Positions 1 through 6,686 are shown, numbered from the stretch's first letter. The stretch is 64,000 nucleotides of DNA from an uncultured virus (IMG/VR IMGVR_UViG_3300038424_000856) (IMGVR_UViG_3300038424_000856), one strand, 5' to 3'. Notes: generated from the sequence alone by a model not told the origin. Translations and numbers: made by a program.

Positions 1-870
1 GTGATTAAATTAGTCAATATATTGAAAGAAATAGAAAGTAAAGAGCAACTTAAAAAACTTGCATATTCTTGGCAAAAACCTGATGGAACTTTTATTCCTG
101 TAAAACGCGAACATGGTTTGGATGCTTTAAAACATGTTGGTGGTGACCCGAAAGATGATAATGTTGTTATATTGTGGAAAAGAGGATGGCAAAGAATATT
201 TTATTATGGTACTGACCTTAATGTTCATAATGAATTTTATCAACCAAATGATAAACAGAAAGTTAGATTAATTGAATTAGCAATACAACTTGGTTTTGAG
301 AAAGTGGAATGGGATGGTGGTGATAAAGGTGATAAAATTCTTTGGTCGGTTCATGATGTTTTGGAAGAATCTATTCAAAATTTATCCAGAACAAAGCGTT
401 TAATTCCTTTAATAAAACTTGCCAGACAATATAATACATTTGAGAATTTTTATAACGATTATCAATTTAAAAATTATCATGGAATTTATTGGCATTTAAC
501 CAATAATCCAAATTTTCGAATAGACCCCAAGCATTCTCCATCAGACCTTTCTTCATTGGCTATTGGTGGTTCTGGAGAACCCGGATTAACGCTGAGTACA
601 GATTTGGGCAATTGGTATTCTATTTTTAAGAAATCCAGAAAATATGCTGCTCAAATAGATTTATCAGATTTAAAACCGAATGTGGATTATAGGGATACTA
701 CACGGCAATTCGGTCACGAAATATATGTTTTTAAACCAGAAAAAGTAAGAGTGGTAAAAGTATATCCTATAAAGAATGCCATGGCCATAAATTTAAGAGA
801 CTACAAAAAAGTTTTACCACAATCTATAGATGAATTAAAAAAGTTGTATTATTTAGCTAAACAGGGATAG
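1..870 (+). CDS. Two-domain putative virion-internal protein; C-terminal domain ADP-ribosyltransferase-like
   Basis: N-terminal MIKLVNILKE motif and a VLEE junction; C-domain has WHLT...GLTLSTD...HEI, resembling the ART H-S/T-E layout. The start lies at the window edge. Confidence 0.5.
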   Translation: MIKLVNILKEIESKEQLKKLAYSWQKPDGTFIPVKREHGLDALKHVGGDPKDDNVVILWKRGWQRIFYYGTDLNVHNEFYQPNDKQKVRLIELAIQLGFEKVEWDGGDKGDKILWSVHDVLEESIQNLSRTKRLIPLIKLARQYNTFENFYNDYQFKNYHGIYWHLTNNPNFRIDPKHSPSDLSSLAIGGSGEPGLTLSTDLGNWYSIFKKSRKYAAQIDLSDLKPNVDYRDTTRQFGHEIYVFKPEKVRVVKVYPIKNAMAINLRDYKKVLPQSIDELKKLYYLAKQG

Positions 871-880
871 ACATTCCTTG

Positions 881-948
881 GTTATGTTGGTGTAATCCGG
901 TAGCACGCCCGTTTAGGGAGGTTACGTTCAAATCGTAAGTGTTATGAT
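881..948 (+). pseudogene. Degenerate tRNA-like element with a stunted anticodon arm
   Basis: D arm GTGT-AATCCGGTA-GCAC and T arm TTACG-TTCAAAT-CGTAA; anticodon arm only CCC-GTTTA-GGG; weak acceptor stem; no CCA. Confidence 0.5.
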
Positions 949-1010
949 GAGCTCTTGCTCGAATGGAATCGGCTCGACGGAGCATTAGTGAAATCCCCTG
1001 ATAGAAATAG

Positions 1011-1119
1011 AGAGATAGACGAAAATCCGAAGATGGAGGTTCAATTCCTCCCTGCCCCTCTGGGGCGGTGGTGCAAATGGTTAGCATGTTGGACGCCCGG
1101 AACGACTGTGAAATCCTCT
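1011..1119 (+). ncRNA. Circularly permuted tRNA-like RNA (YrlA-type Y RNA candidate)
   Basis: Order is TCCGA(1026-30), T arm GGAGG-TTCAATT-CCTCC(1035-51), acceptor CTGCCCC-tct-GGGGCGG closed by a loop (1052-68), D arm GTGC-AAATGGTTA-GCAT, then TTGGA(1089-93) pairing with TCCGA. Confidence 0.75.
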
Positions 1120-1131
1120 TTAATTTCTTAA

Positions 1132-1160
1132 TTGACATAAATGCTTTAATGGTGTATAAT
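1132..1160 (+). promoter_or_regulatory. Sigma70-type early promoter
   Basis: TTGACA-N17-TATAAT, perfect consensus; ATG at 1167. Confidence 0.9.
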
Positions 1161-1166
1161 ATCAAT

Positions 1167-1448
1167 ATGAAAGTTATATTGCCGGTTAAAGAAATACCTG
1201 TTGGTTCTGTTGTAACAAAATTGAATGGGCAAAAGAAATATCAAGTAAGAGATAGAATTACTATTTATGATGAAGTGAAAAATTCATCAAGAGATATAAC
1301 ATTGGAAATGAATACAAGAGTTTTATGGTCTGTGGATTTGCCTATGTCGGTCAATATAATTTCAGGAGATACTGAAATGATATGGGATGCAGATTATAAT
1401 GCTCTTCAATCATATCTTTATGAAAAATATGAATTAGACCAAAAATAA
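1167..1448 (+). CDS. Hypothetical protein
   Basis: ORF 1068..1448 trimmed to the ATG after the promoter (MKVILPVKE...). Confidence 0.75.
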   Translation: MKVILPVKEIPVGSVVTKLNGQKKYQVRDRITIYDEVKNSSRDITLEMNTRVLWSVDLPMSVNIISGDTEMIWDADYNALQSYLYEKYELDQK

Positions 1449-1454
1449 TATTAG

Positions 1455-1531
1455 GGGGTGGTAGCTTAGCCGGATAAAGCGTCTGCCTGTCACGCAGAAG
1501 ACCGGGGGTTCGAGTCCCCTTCATCCCGCCA
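1455..1531 (+). tRNA. tRNA-Asp(GTC)
   Basis: Cloverleaf GGGGTGG/TCATCCC; anticodon arm TCTGC-CTGTCAC-GCAGA; G73-CCA. Confidence 0.95.
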
Positions 1532-1538
1532 ATTTAAT

Positions 1539-1613
1539 TCCCGCATGGTGTAGTGGTTTGCACGGTGGTCTTTGGAACCATAAGTGACGGCTCGAAACCG
1601 TAGGCGGGAGCCA
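1539..1613 (+). tRNA. tRNA-Gln(TTG)
   Basis: Anticodon arm GTGGT-CTTTGGA-ACCAT; T1-A72; G73-CCA; atypical T loop CTCGAAA. Confidence 0.85.
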
Positions 1614-1617
1614 TTTT

Positions 1618-1800
1618 ATGATAAGAATATTAAAAGTAAAATTGTTTTTGGGTTCGACCTTGGAAGAAATAGAAACAAAAATTTCTGATTGGTTATCCAA
1701 AGAAAAAATTTGTGTTGGAAATTATATGGATATTAAATTATCTAAATTGAGTGATGTTTATCAATTAATTCTTGTTTATGCTGAATTAATACAGGAGTAA
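1618..1800 (+). CDS. Hypothetical protein
   Basis: 60 aa ORF starting 4 nt after the tRNA CCA. Confidence 0.65.
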   Translation: MIRILKVKLFLGSTLEEIETKISDWLSKEKICVGNYMDIKLSKLSDVYQLILVYAELIQE

Positions 1801-1804
1801 AGTT

Positions 1805-2053
1805 ATGATGCAAGTAATAAGATGTGAAACTTGTGGTGGCGATACAATACCTTTGGGCGGTATTAGTGTTGATTTAACCCTAAATAAAAGTGAGTTTTGT
1901 AATCACTGTTACCGAACTAAAACAGACAAACAAGAACATTTCTTTTGTTCATTGCTTTGTTTTCATGAATATATGTTGAAGCTTGTTAATGGTGAAACAG
2001 AATTGAAATGGAAAGAGAGATTTCCACCCATTGCTATAGAAGTTAAAACTTAA
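1805..2053 (+). CDS. Small zinc-finger protein
   Basis: CETC, CNHC and FFCSLLC motifs; GGAG upstream. Confidence 0.7.
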   Translation: MMQVIRCETCGGDTIPLGGISVDLTLNKSEFCNHCYRTKTDKQEHFFCSLLCFHEYMLKLVNGETELKWKERFPPIAIEVKT

Positions 2054-2058
2054 TTTAT

Positions 2059-2132
2059 TGATGCGTGGTGTAATGTAGCGCCCCTGCCCTTGAAGCAGAA
2101 AGGTGTAAGTTCAAGTCTTACCGCATCAGCCA
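2059..2132 (+). tRNA. tRNA-Gln(TTG), second copy with C33
   Basis: TGATGCG/CGCATCA acceptor; loop CCTTGAA; T arm GTAAG-TTCAAGT-CTTAC; G73-CCA. Confidence 0.85.
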
Positions 2133-2138
2133 ATCTAC

Positions 2139-2312
2139 ATGAAATACGAAATACATACAAATATATTGTGGTTAGATGGAGTTCCAGCATTTCTTTTTTT
2201 ACCTAATGGAGAAAAAGACCCAATGACGCCGACAGGATGGAATTGGTATTGTAGTCATAAAGAAGAAATTGATAAATGGATTGAAAAACATTTCAAAAAA
2301 TTGCCAAAATAA
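2139..2312 (+). CDS. Hypothetical protein (57 aa, MKYEIHTNILWLDG...)
   Basis: ATG-TAA ORF read by hand, below the track cutoff, starting 6 nt after the tRNA CCA. Confidence 0.6.
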   Translation: MKYEIHTNILWLDGVPAFLFLPNGEKDPMTPTGWNWYCSHKEEIDKWIEKHFKKLPK

Positions 2313-2316
2313 TGAT

Positions 2317-2496
2317 ATGTGTGAACAAATTAAAGATAATTTTAACAAATTAAAATCACAATTTGTAAAATATCATCCATTTATGGAAATTGTTTCTGCT
2401 GAAGATATGATTGGACTAATTGGAAAATCTGAACAATTTGTGATAGAACAAATGAATAGATGGAAAATGACATATTATGGATGCTATGAAATTTAA
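2317..2496 (+). CDS. Hypothetical protein
   Basis: ORF 2269..2496 trimmed to the ATG after the previous stop. Confidence 0.6.
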   Translation: MCEQIKDNFNKLKSQFVKYHPFMEIVSAEDMIGLIGKSEQFVIEQMNRWKMTYYGCYEI

Positions 2497-2659
2497 GTGT
2501 AAATGTCCAAATTGTGGAACATTACGTGACCTTGAAGATTATTTGGTGAAACTTATACAAAGAAAGTATGTTAAAGGACCAACCAGAATTGGATTAGATT
2601 GTTGGTATTGCAATTTTTCATTTTGGGTAGCAGAGAAAGATTTAATAAAATCAGTATGA
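2477..2659 (+). CDS. Small zinc-ribbon protein
   Basis: CPNC...CWYC. Confidence 0.65.
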   Translation: MDAMKFKCKCPNCGTLRDLEDYLVKLIQRKYVKGPTRIGLDCWYCNFSFWVAEKDLIKSV

Positions 2660-2830
2660 TATGAAGTAAAAACCACATGGCCAACATTAAAAGGTAGATT
2701 AAGTCAACCATTAACAACGGAAGAAGAAGCATTACTTCAGTTAGAACAAATCGGTGGAGTAACTTTTTCAGAAAAGGCCATTAAGAAATTAAAGAAAATT
2801 AAAGAACGTCGATGTGATAAATTAAGAAAT

Positions 2831-2904
2831 GCCAGCATGATGTAACGGTAGCCTGCCAAGCCTGTACCTTGGACGTGAGGGTTCGATTCCTTCTGCTGGC
2901 TCCA
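2831..2904 (+). tRNA. tRNA-Thr(TGT) with C33
   Basis: GCCAGCA/TGCTGGC acceptor; CCAAG-CCTGTAC-CTTGG anticodon arm; T73-CCA. Confidence 0.85.
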
Positions 2905-2913
2905 AAAAAATTT

Positions 2914-3339
2914 ATGAAAAATATTTTAGTTTTTTGTTTAATGTTTTTAACAGCTATATCAATAGCTTGTTCATCTACTCTTACTATATACTATGGTGGT
3001 ATGCCATCAACCAATATGATAGATAGTATTAAAGTTTATTATGGCTCACAATTAAAGTCTTATACAAATTCTATTTCATTTCCAGTAAATACTTTAATAT
3101 ACATTACTAATGCTCCATTTAATGGATATAATCCAATATACTGCCGGGGTGAATATATGCCTTTTTATACTAAATTGCCAATCTCTGGCTTGATAAGTGG
3201 ACAACCATTTTATTATAAAATGAGTTATATATGGAAAGGTGGAAGTGAAGTATTAATGTGGGAATCGATGTGTGCATCTACAGTCCCAACTAATGATGTA
3301 GTACTTTTTCCACCAACCAATTTGCGAATAGTTGATTAA
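2914..3339 (+). CDS. Secreted fibronectin type III-like protein
   Basis: Signal peptide MKNILVFCLMFLTAISIAC; IKVYYG..YTN..ISGL..GQ.FY; C-terminal PPTNLRIV. Confidence 0.65.
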   Translation: MKNILVFCLMFLTAISIACSSTLTIYYGGMPSTNMIDSIKVYYGSQLKSYTNSISFPVNTLIYITNAPFNGYNPIYCRGEYMPFYTKLPISGLISGQPFYYKMSYIWKGGSEVLMWESMCASTVPTNDVVLFPPTNLRIVD

Positions 3340-3346
3340 ATAGTTT

Positions 3347-3769
3347 ATGAAAAAAATATTGATTACTTGTCTAATATGTCTATCAACATTGTTGGTTAAT
3401 TCAGCAATGGTAACTATTCATTTTATGACGGGATATAGTTTATCGCCCGTTAACCTTAAAATTTATTATGGTTCACAATTACAGACATATACAAATTATA
3501 TTATAGCATCTTTAAGTGCTAATAATATTGTTACTACAACTTATGCAGCCTATGATCAGGTGCAATGCAAAAGCGGAATCTGGAGTGCTCCTCATGTGGA
3601 TATTCCTATAGATGGTTTGATTTTAGGTCAACAATTTTTTGATGGCATTACTTTAATAAATTCTAATAGCGTTGAGTCTCCATTTTTATCTCAAGCGGTT
3701 TGCGGATTTACTGTTACTAATAATATAGACCAACCTCTTTCTCCAAATGGTTTGCGAATATCAAATTAG
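3347..3769 (+). CDS. Secreted fibronectin type III-like protein (paralog of 2914..3339)
   Basis: Signal peptide; KIYYGSQL..YTN, IDGL..GQ, VES.F, C-terminal PNGLRI. Confidence 0.65.
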   Translation: MKKILITCLICLSTLLVNSAMVTIHFMTGYSLSPVNLKIYYGSQLQTYTNYIIASLSANNIVTTTYAAYDQVQCKSGIWSAPHVDIPIDGLILGQQFFDGITLINSNSVESPFLSQAVCGFTVTNNIDQPLSPNGLRISN

Positions 3770-3815
3770 TTTGTTGCCATTTTAACTGTTTTTGATATAT
3801 TTATAGATAGTTTAT

Positions 3816-3907
3816 GGAAGTCAGGTAGATGTTGGTTTGCTGCGCCAGTCTTGAAAACTGGACCGGAATAAAATCCGGCAGGGGTTCGATTCCCTTGGCT
3901 TCCGCCA
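3816..3907 (+). tRNA. tRNA-Ser(TGA)
   Basis: CCAGT-CTTGAAA-ACTGG; long variable arm CCGGA..TCCGG; G73-CCA. Confidence 0.95.
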
Positions 3908-3911
3908 TTTT

Positions 3912-4003
3912 GGAAGTGTGGCCGAGAGGCTGATGGCGCAAGTTTGCTAAACTTGTGACCCTCTAACGGGGGTCCGTGGGTTCGAATCCCACCGCTTCCG
4001 CCA
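3912..4003 (+). tRNA. tRNA-Ser(GCT)
   Basis: CAAGT-TTGCTAA-ACTTG; long variable arm; G73-CCA. Confidence 0.95.
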
Positions 4004-4138
4004 ATTTATGAAAAATAAAAAGAAGCAAAAAAAACAGAAGCCGGTGGTAAAAGAACTTACAGTAAAAGGAACATTAGCTGCTTTTAAAGTGATTGTGGAT
4101 AATTTTACGCCAGCAGGTTATACGAGGATTTCTTGATT

Positions 4139-4312
4139 ATGAAAAATATAAAAAAATTATGGATTGAAAATATCAAAAAAGTGGCTCGTAAAAAATATAA
4201 GTTTTTAGAATCGGGTATTAATAATACCGATTGGGATATTTTTTGGGAAAGTTATGGTATTGATGGACTTTCACCGGAAGAAGCATTGAAAGAAGATTTT
4301 TCTAATACTTAA
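4139..4312 (+). CDS. Hypothetical protein (57 aa)
   Basis: Hand-read ORF MKNIKKLWIE...WESYGIDGLSPEEALKEDFSNT. Confidence 0.6.
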   Translation: MKNIKKLWIENIKKVARKKYKFLESGINNTDWDIFWESYGIDGLSPEEALKEDFSNT

Positions 4313-4385
4313 TATACGATAGCTTAATTTATTGGAAAAAGAAAGATGGTAAAATAAATTATCATTAAAAAATGAAAGAAAAATT

Positions 4386-4490
4386 ATGAATATGATATTG
4401 ACACCAATACTTGGTAGTACTATCTATATAGGAAGTGGAGTAGGTTTGGTTCTTTTGATAGTGGTTTTAATTTTAGTATTTAGACGTTAA
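4386..4490 (+). CDS. Small single-pass membrane peptide (34 aa)
   Basis: MNMILTPILGSTIYIGSGVGLVLLIVVLILVFRR. Confidence 0.55.
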   Translation: MNMILTPILGSTIYIGSGVGLVLLIVVLILVFRR

Positions 4491-4495
4491 GATAT

Positions 4496-4514
4496 GGTCG
4501 CTTAGTTTATTGGT
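4496..4514 (+). repeat. 19-nt direct repeat of the tRNA-Val(CAC) 5' end
   Basis: GGTCGCTTAGTTTATTGGT identical at 4496-4514 and 4684-4702. Confidence 0.9.
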
Positions 4515-4536
4515 GGAAAAAGTTGCCATCAATTTT

Positions 4537-4683
4537 ATGAATGATAAAACAAAAAAATTATCTGAAGATGTAAATGTTGTAAAAAATAATATTTCATTGG
4601 ATTATTTTGAAAAACTTAGTAAAATTAAAAATTTATTACTAACATATTTTTACGGAGATATATCCATTTTTGAAGAAAAATAA
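4537..4683 (+). CDS. Hypothetical protein (48 aa)
   Basis: Hand-read ORF whose TAA abuts the tRNA-Val start. Confidence 0.45.
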   Translation: MNDKTKKLSEDVNVVKNNISLDYFEKLSKIKNLLLTYFYGDISIFEEK

Positions 4684-4757
4684 GGTCGCTTAGTTTATTG
4701 GTAGAATAAAATCCTCACACGATTAAGAGATAGGTTCGATTCCTGTAGTGACCACCA
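4684..4757 (+). tRNA. tRNA-Val(CAC)
   Basis: GGTCGCT/AGTGACC acceptor; AATC-CTCACAC-GATT; A73-CCA. Confidence 0.9.
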
Positions 4758-4763
4758 ATTTAT

Positions 4764-4816
4764 GCCAGATAGCCCTGCAGGCAAATTCGTTTCATGAGCG
4801 AATTGTTCTGGCACCA
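4764..4816 (+). ncRNA. 53-nt T-armless mini-tRNA-like element with a CAT loop and ACCA end
   Basis: GCCAGA/TCTGGC-A-CCA; hairpin GCC-CTGCA-GGC; hairpin AATTCGT-TTCATGA-GCGAATT. Confidence 0.65.
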
Positions 4817-4823
4817 GTTTAAG

Positions 4824-4967
4824 TTTGTTAGAAAGTAGTGTACAGATACGATAAATAAATTGCACAGTTTAGTAGTAGCAACTATAAGGGTCTAATATGT
4901 TAAAGTTTTAGACACGAATTAAAACAAGAGATGGTGGAGAATCGGGATTCCGTCAGTTTCTAACAAA
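4824..4967 (+). ncRNA. Unnamed multi-hairpin RNA A
   Basis: Perfect 11-bp terminal helix TTTGTTAGAAA/TTTCTAACAAA enclosing about four hairpins; no ORF. Confidence 0.6.
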
Positions 4968-4975
4968 TAATGATT

Positions 4976-5076
4976 TGAGATACACGCAGCAATAAAACTT
5001 TGTCGGGCAACCGACTCCACGTTGTAGAGAACAACATTAAAAGGTTCCTCAGAAAAGAGTGTAAATCGGTATCTCG
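4976..5076 (+). ncRNA. Unnamed multi-hairpin RNA B (CAGCAA type)
   Basis: Terminal helix GAGATAC/GTATCTC, ACGCAGCAA, hairpins GTCGG-GCAA-CCGAC and GTTGT-AGAGA-ACAAC. Confidence 0.65.
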
Positions 5077-5086
5077 TTAATTTAAT

Positions 5087-5162
5087 CGGAGTGTCGCCTA
5101 GTGGCTATGGCGCTTGCTTTGGGAGCAAGATATCGGGCGTTCGAGTCGCCCCACTCCGACCA
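5087..5162 (+). tRNA. tRNA-Pro(TGG)
   Basis: CGGAGTG/CACTCCG; CTTGC-TTTGGGA-GCAAG; A73-CCA. Confidence 0.95.
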
Positions 5163-5204
5163 TTTATTGTATTTAATATGGATGGAGAATAAAACAATTT
5201 TAAT

Positions 5205-5284
5205 GTGAGTATGGCACCAGCGGCAACGGCGCTTCCCTTACACGGAAGTTTTTATCGCAGGTTCGAGTCCTGCTACTCACACCA
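5205..5284 (+). tRNA. tRNA-Val(TAC)
   Basis: GTGAGTA/TACTCAC; CTTCC-CTTACAC-GGAAG; A73-CCA. Confidence 0.92.
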
Positions 5285-5289
5285 ATTTT

Positions 5290-5472
5290 ATGAAAAATAG
5301 GATGTTAACATTATATAATTTTATTGATGAATTATCAAAAAAGGTTGAAAATAAAATCAAGAAAAATAAAATGTTAGGAGAAATATTATATTACAAATAT
5401 GATAATAAACTTCTCATTTATATTTTGATTAGTAGTATAGTGATTTCTGTTATTTTAACATTTTTGTCATGA
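5290..5472 (+). CDS. Small protein with a C-terminal transmembrane helix
   Basis: LLIYILISSIVISVILTFLS tail. Confidence 0.6.
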   Translation: MKNRMLTLYNFIDELSKKVENKIKKNKMLGEILYYKYDNKLLIYILISSIVISVILTFLS

Positions 5473-5636
5473 TTACTAAGTTTGAATGTAAAGATAAAAA
5501 ACGCTTTTCTACAAAGGAACAGGCAAATGAACATATTTATACATTAGTGATGGAATCTCTTGGTGGTGTAATTGAACTAAGGCCATATAAATGCAAGCAT
5601 TGCAAGGGGTACCACTTAACCAGTAAAGTAAAATGA
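5469..5636 (+). CDS. Small zinc-binding phage protein (55 aa)
   Basis: Hand-read ORF MITKFECKDKKRF...RPYKCKHCKGYHLTSKVK; ATGA overlaps with both neighbours. Confidence 0.7.
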   Translation: MITKFECKDKKRFSTKEQANEHIYTLVMESLGGVIELRPYKCKHCKGYHLTSKVK

Positions 5637-5833
5637 ATACTGAAACAGGACAATTAATAAATTTTGACGATCTTAAAAAATTACCACTTGAAGAACAAGT
5701 AAAATACACCGAAATTAAACGTGATTTGACCAAATTGGAAGAATTTAACAAACAAATCAGAATGTATTCCCCGTGCGGTTGTGGAAGTGGTAAAAAATTC
5801 AAATTTTGTTGTTACAAAAAACCAGTAAGATAA
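5633..5833 (+). CDS. SEC-C motif protein
   Basis: C-terminal SPCGCGSGKKFKFCC. Confidence 0.8.
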   Translation: MNTETGQLINFDDLKKLPLEEQVKYTEIKRDLTKLEEFNKQIRMYSPCGCGSGKKFKFCCYKKPVR

Positions 5834-5834
5834 A

Positions 5835-6104
5835 ATGATTTATATTTGTTCACAATGCATAGAACAGCAAAAATTAGGACCTTATACTATTAAGGCTCAA
5901 GCAGCAGGTGTTCAATTTAAACAAGGATTGTGTTTGCGTCATTATGTGAAAGCTGCACTTGATAGAGGTAGAAGTAAAAAGCAAATTGAAATAGGTATAA
6001 GGGCAAATGCCTCAACCGGGTTTAAACCACCTGTAGATTTGAAAAAATATCCAAGTTTGATTAAACAATATAAACAAGGAATATTTAAAGAACCAGAAGT
6101 GTAA
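5835..6104 (+). CDS. Hypothetical zinc-binding protein
   Basis: CSQC...GLCLRH. Confidence 0.65.
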   Translation: MIYICSQCIEQQKLGPYTIKAQAAGVQFKQGLCLRHYVKAALDRGRSKKQIEIGIRANASTGFKPPVDLKKYPSLIKQYKQGIFKEPEV

Positions 6105-6107
6105 TTT

Positions 6108-6196
6108 GCTACCATGCTGGAATTGGCATACAGACCAGCCTGAGAAGTTGGGGTCCGTAATTGGACTTGTGGGTTCGAATCCCTCTGGTAGCACCA
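6108..6196 (+). tRNA. tRNA-Leu(GAG)
   Basis: GCTACCA/TGGTAGC; CCAGC-CTGAGAA-GTTGG; long variable arm; A73-CCA. Confidence 0.95.
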
Positions 6197-6210
6197 ATTT
6201 TATATAGTGA

Positions 6211-6252
6211 ATTGTGTCAATAAAATTTTGTTATTGACACGATTTTTGTTTT
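6211..6252 (+). terminator. Probable intrinsic terminator
   Basis: TTGTGTCAATAA/TTATTGACACGA hairpin followed by TTTTTGTTTT. Confidence 0.6.
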
Positions 6253-6257
6253 AAGGC

Positions 6258-6290
6258 TTGACATTTTTATGTATTTGATTTATATTTATA
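6258..6290 (+). promoter_or_regulatory. Sigma70 promoter overlapping the putative late motif, upstream of RNase P RNA
   Basis: TTGACA-N17-TATATT; ATATTTATA at 6282-6290. Confidence 0.75.
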
Positions 6291-6313
6291 GATAAAGAGT
6301 TCTTTGAAATTTT

Positions 6314-6599
6314 TTTGTGACATAAGTGACCTTACGCTAACCTAAATGTGTTAGAGGAAGTTCGCGGCATCACAGCAGATGATTGGGAGAATCAGTAAAT
6401 GTTGCAACCGAGCCGTAGCCAGAGAAAAACTGGTAGTGAGCCTTGAAAGGGGTTAATCGGTATGATTCGTTAATACCACAAATTAGATGCAAGTGCAAAT
6501 AGGGACAAGAGTAGTGCTGCTCGTTATAAAGTCTGGGTAATAGCACGCTTAGAGAAATGTAAGGATAAAACAGAACCGCGGCTATGTCTGTGTCATAAA
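6314..6599 (+). ncRNA. rnpB: RNase P RNA (compact, phage-encoded)
   Basis: P1 TTTGTGACATA/TGTGTCATAAA; P2 CCTTAC/GTAAGG; P4 strands GAGGAAGTTCGCGG (6354) and AACAGAACCGCGGCTAT (6569); GCAAGTGCAAATAGGG (6489) and TAGAGAAATG resemble conserved bacterial segments. Confidence 0.88.
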
Positions 6600-6606
6600 T
6601 TTTATT

Positions 6607-6682
6607 GGGGTCTTAGCTCAATTGGTAGAGCGTCTCAATGGCATTGAGAAGGTCAGGGGTTCGAATCCCCTAGGCTCCACCA
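6607..6682 (+). tRNA. tRNA-Ala(GGC)
   Basis: G3:U70; TCTCA-ATGGCAT-TGAGA; A73-CCA. Confidence 0.96.
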
Positions 6683-6686
6683 GTTT

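Noticed and set aside
905..920. TTA in the stunted loop as a possible ochre suppressor, or genetic-code reassignment
   Set aside because: The arm is non-canonical, and long ORFs are intact under the standard code with TAA, TAG and TGA all used as stops
944..1010. tmRNA-like GGCTCGACGG and hammerhead-like TGATGAG...CGAA
   Set aside because: No G3:U70 acceptor, tag reading frame or matching 3' end for tmRNA; the hammerhead core (CTGANGA/GAAA) is incomplete
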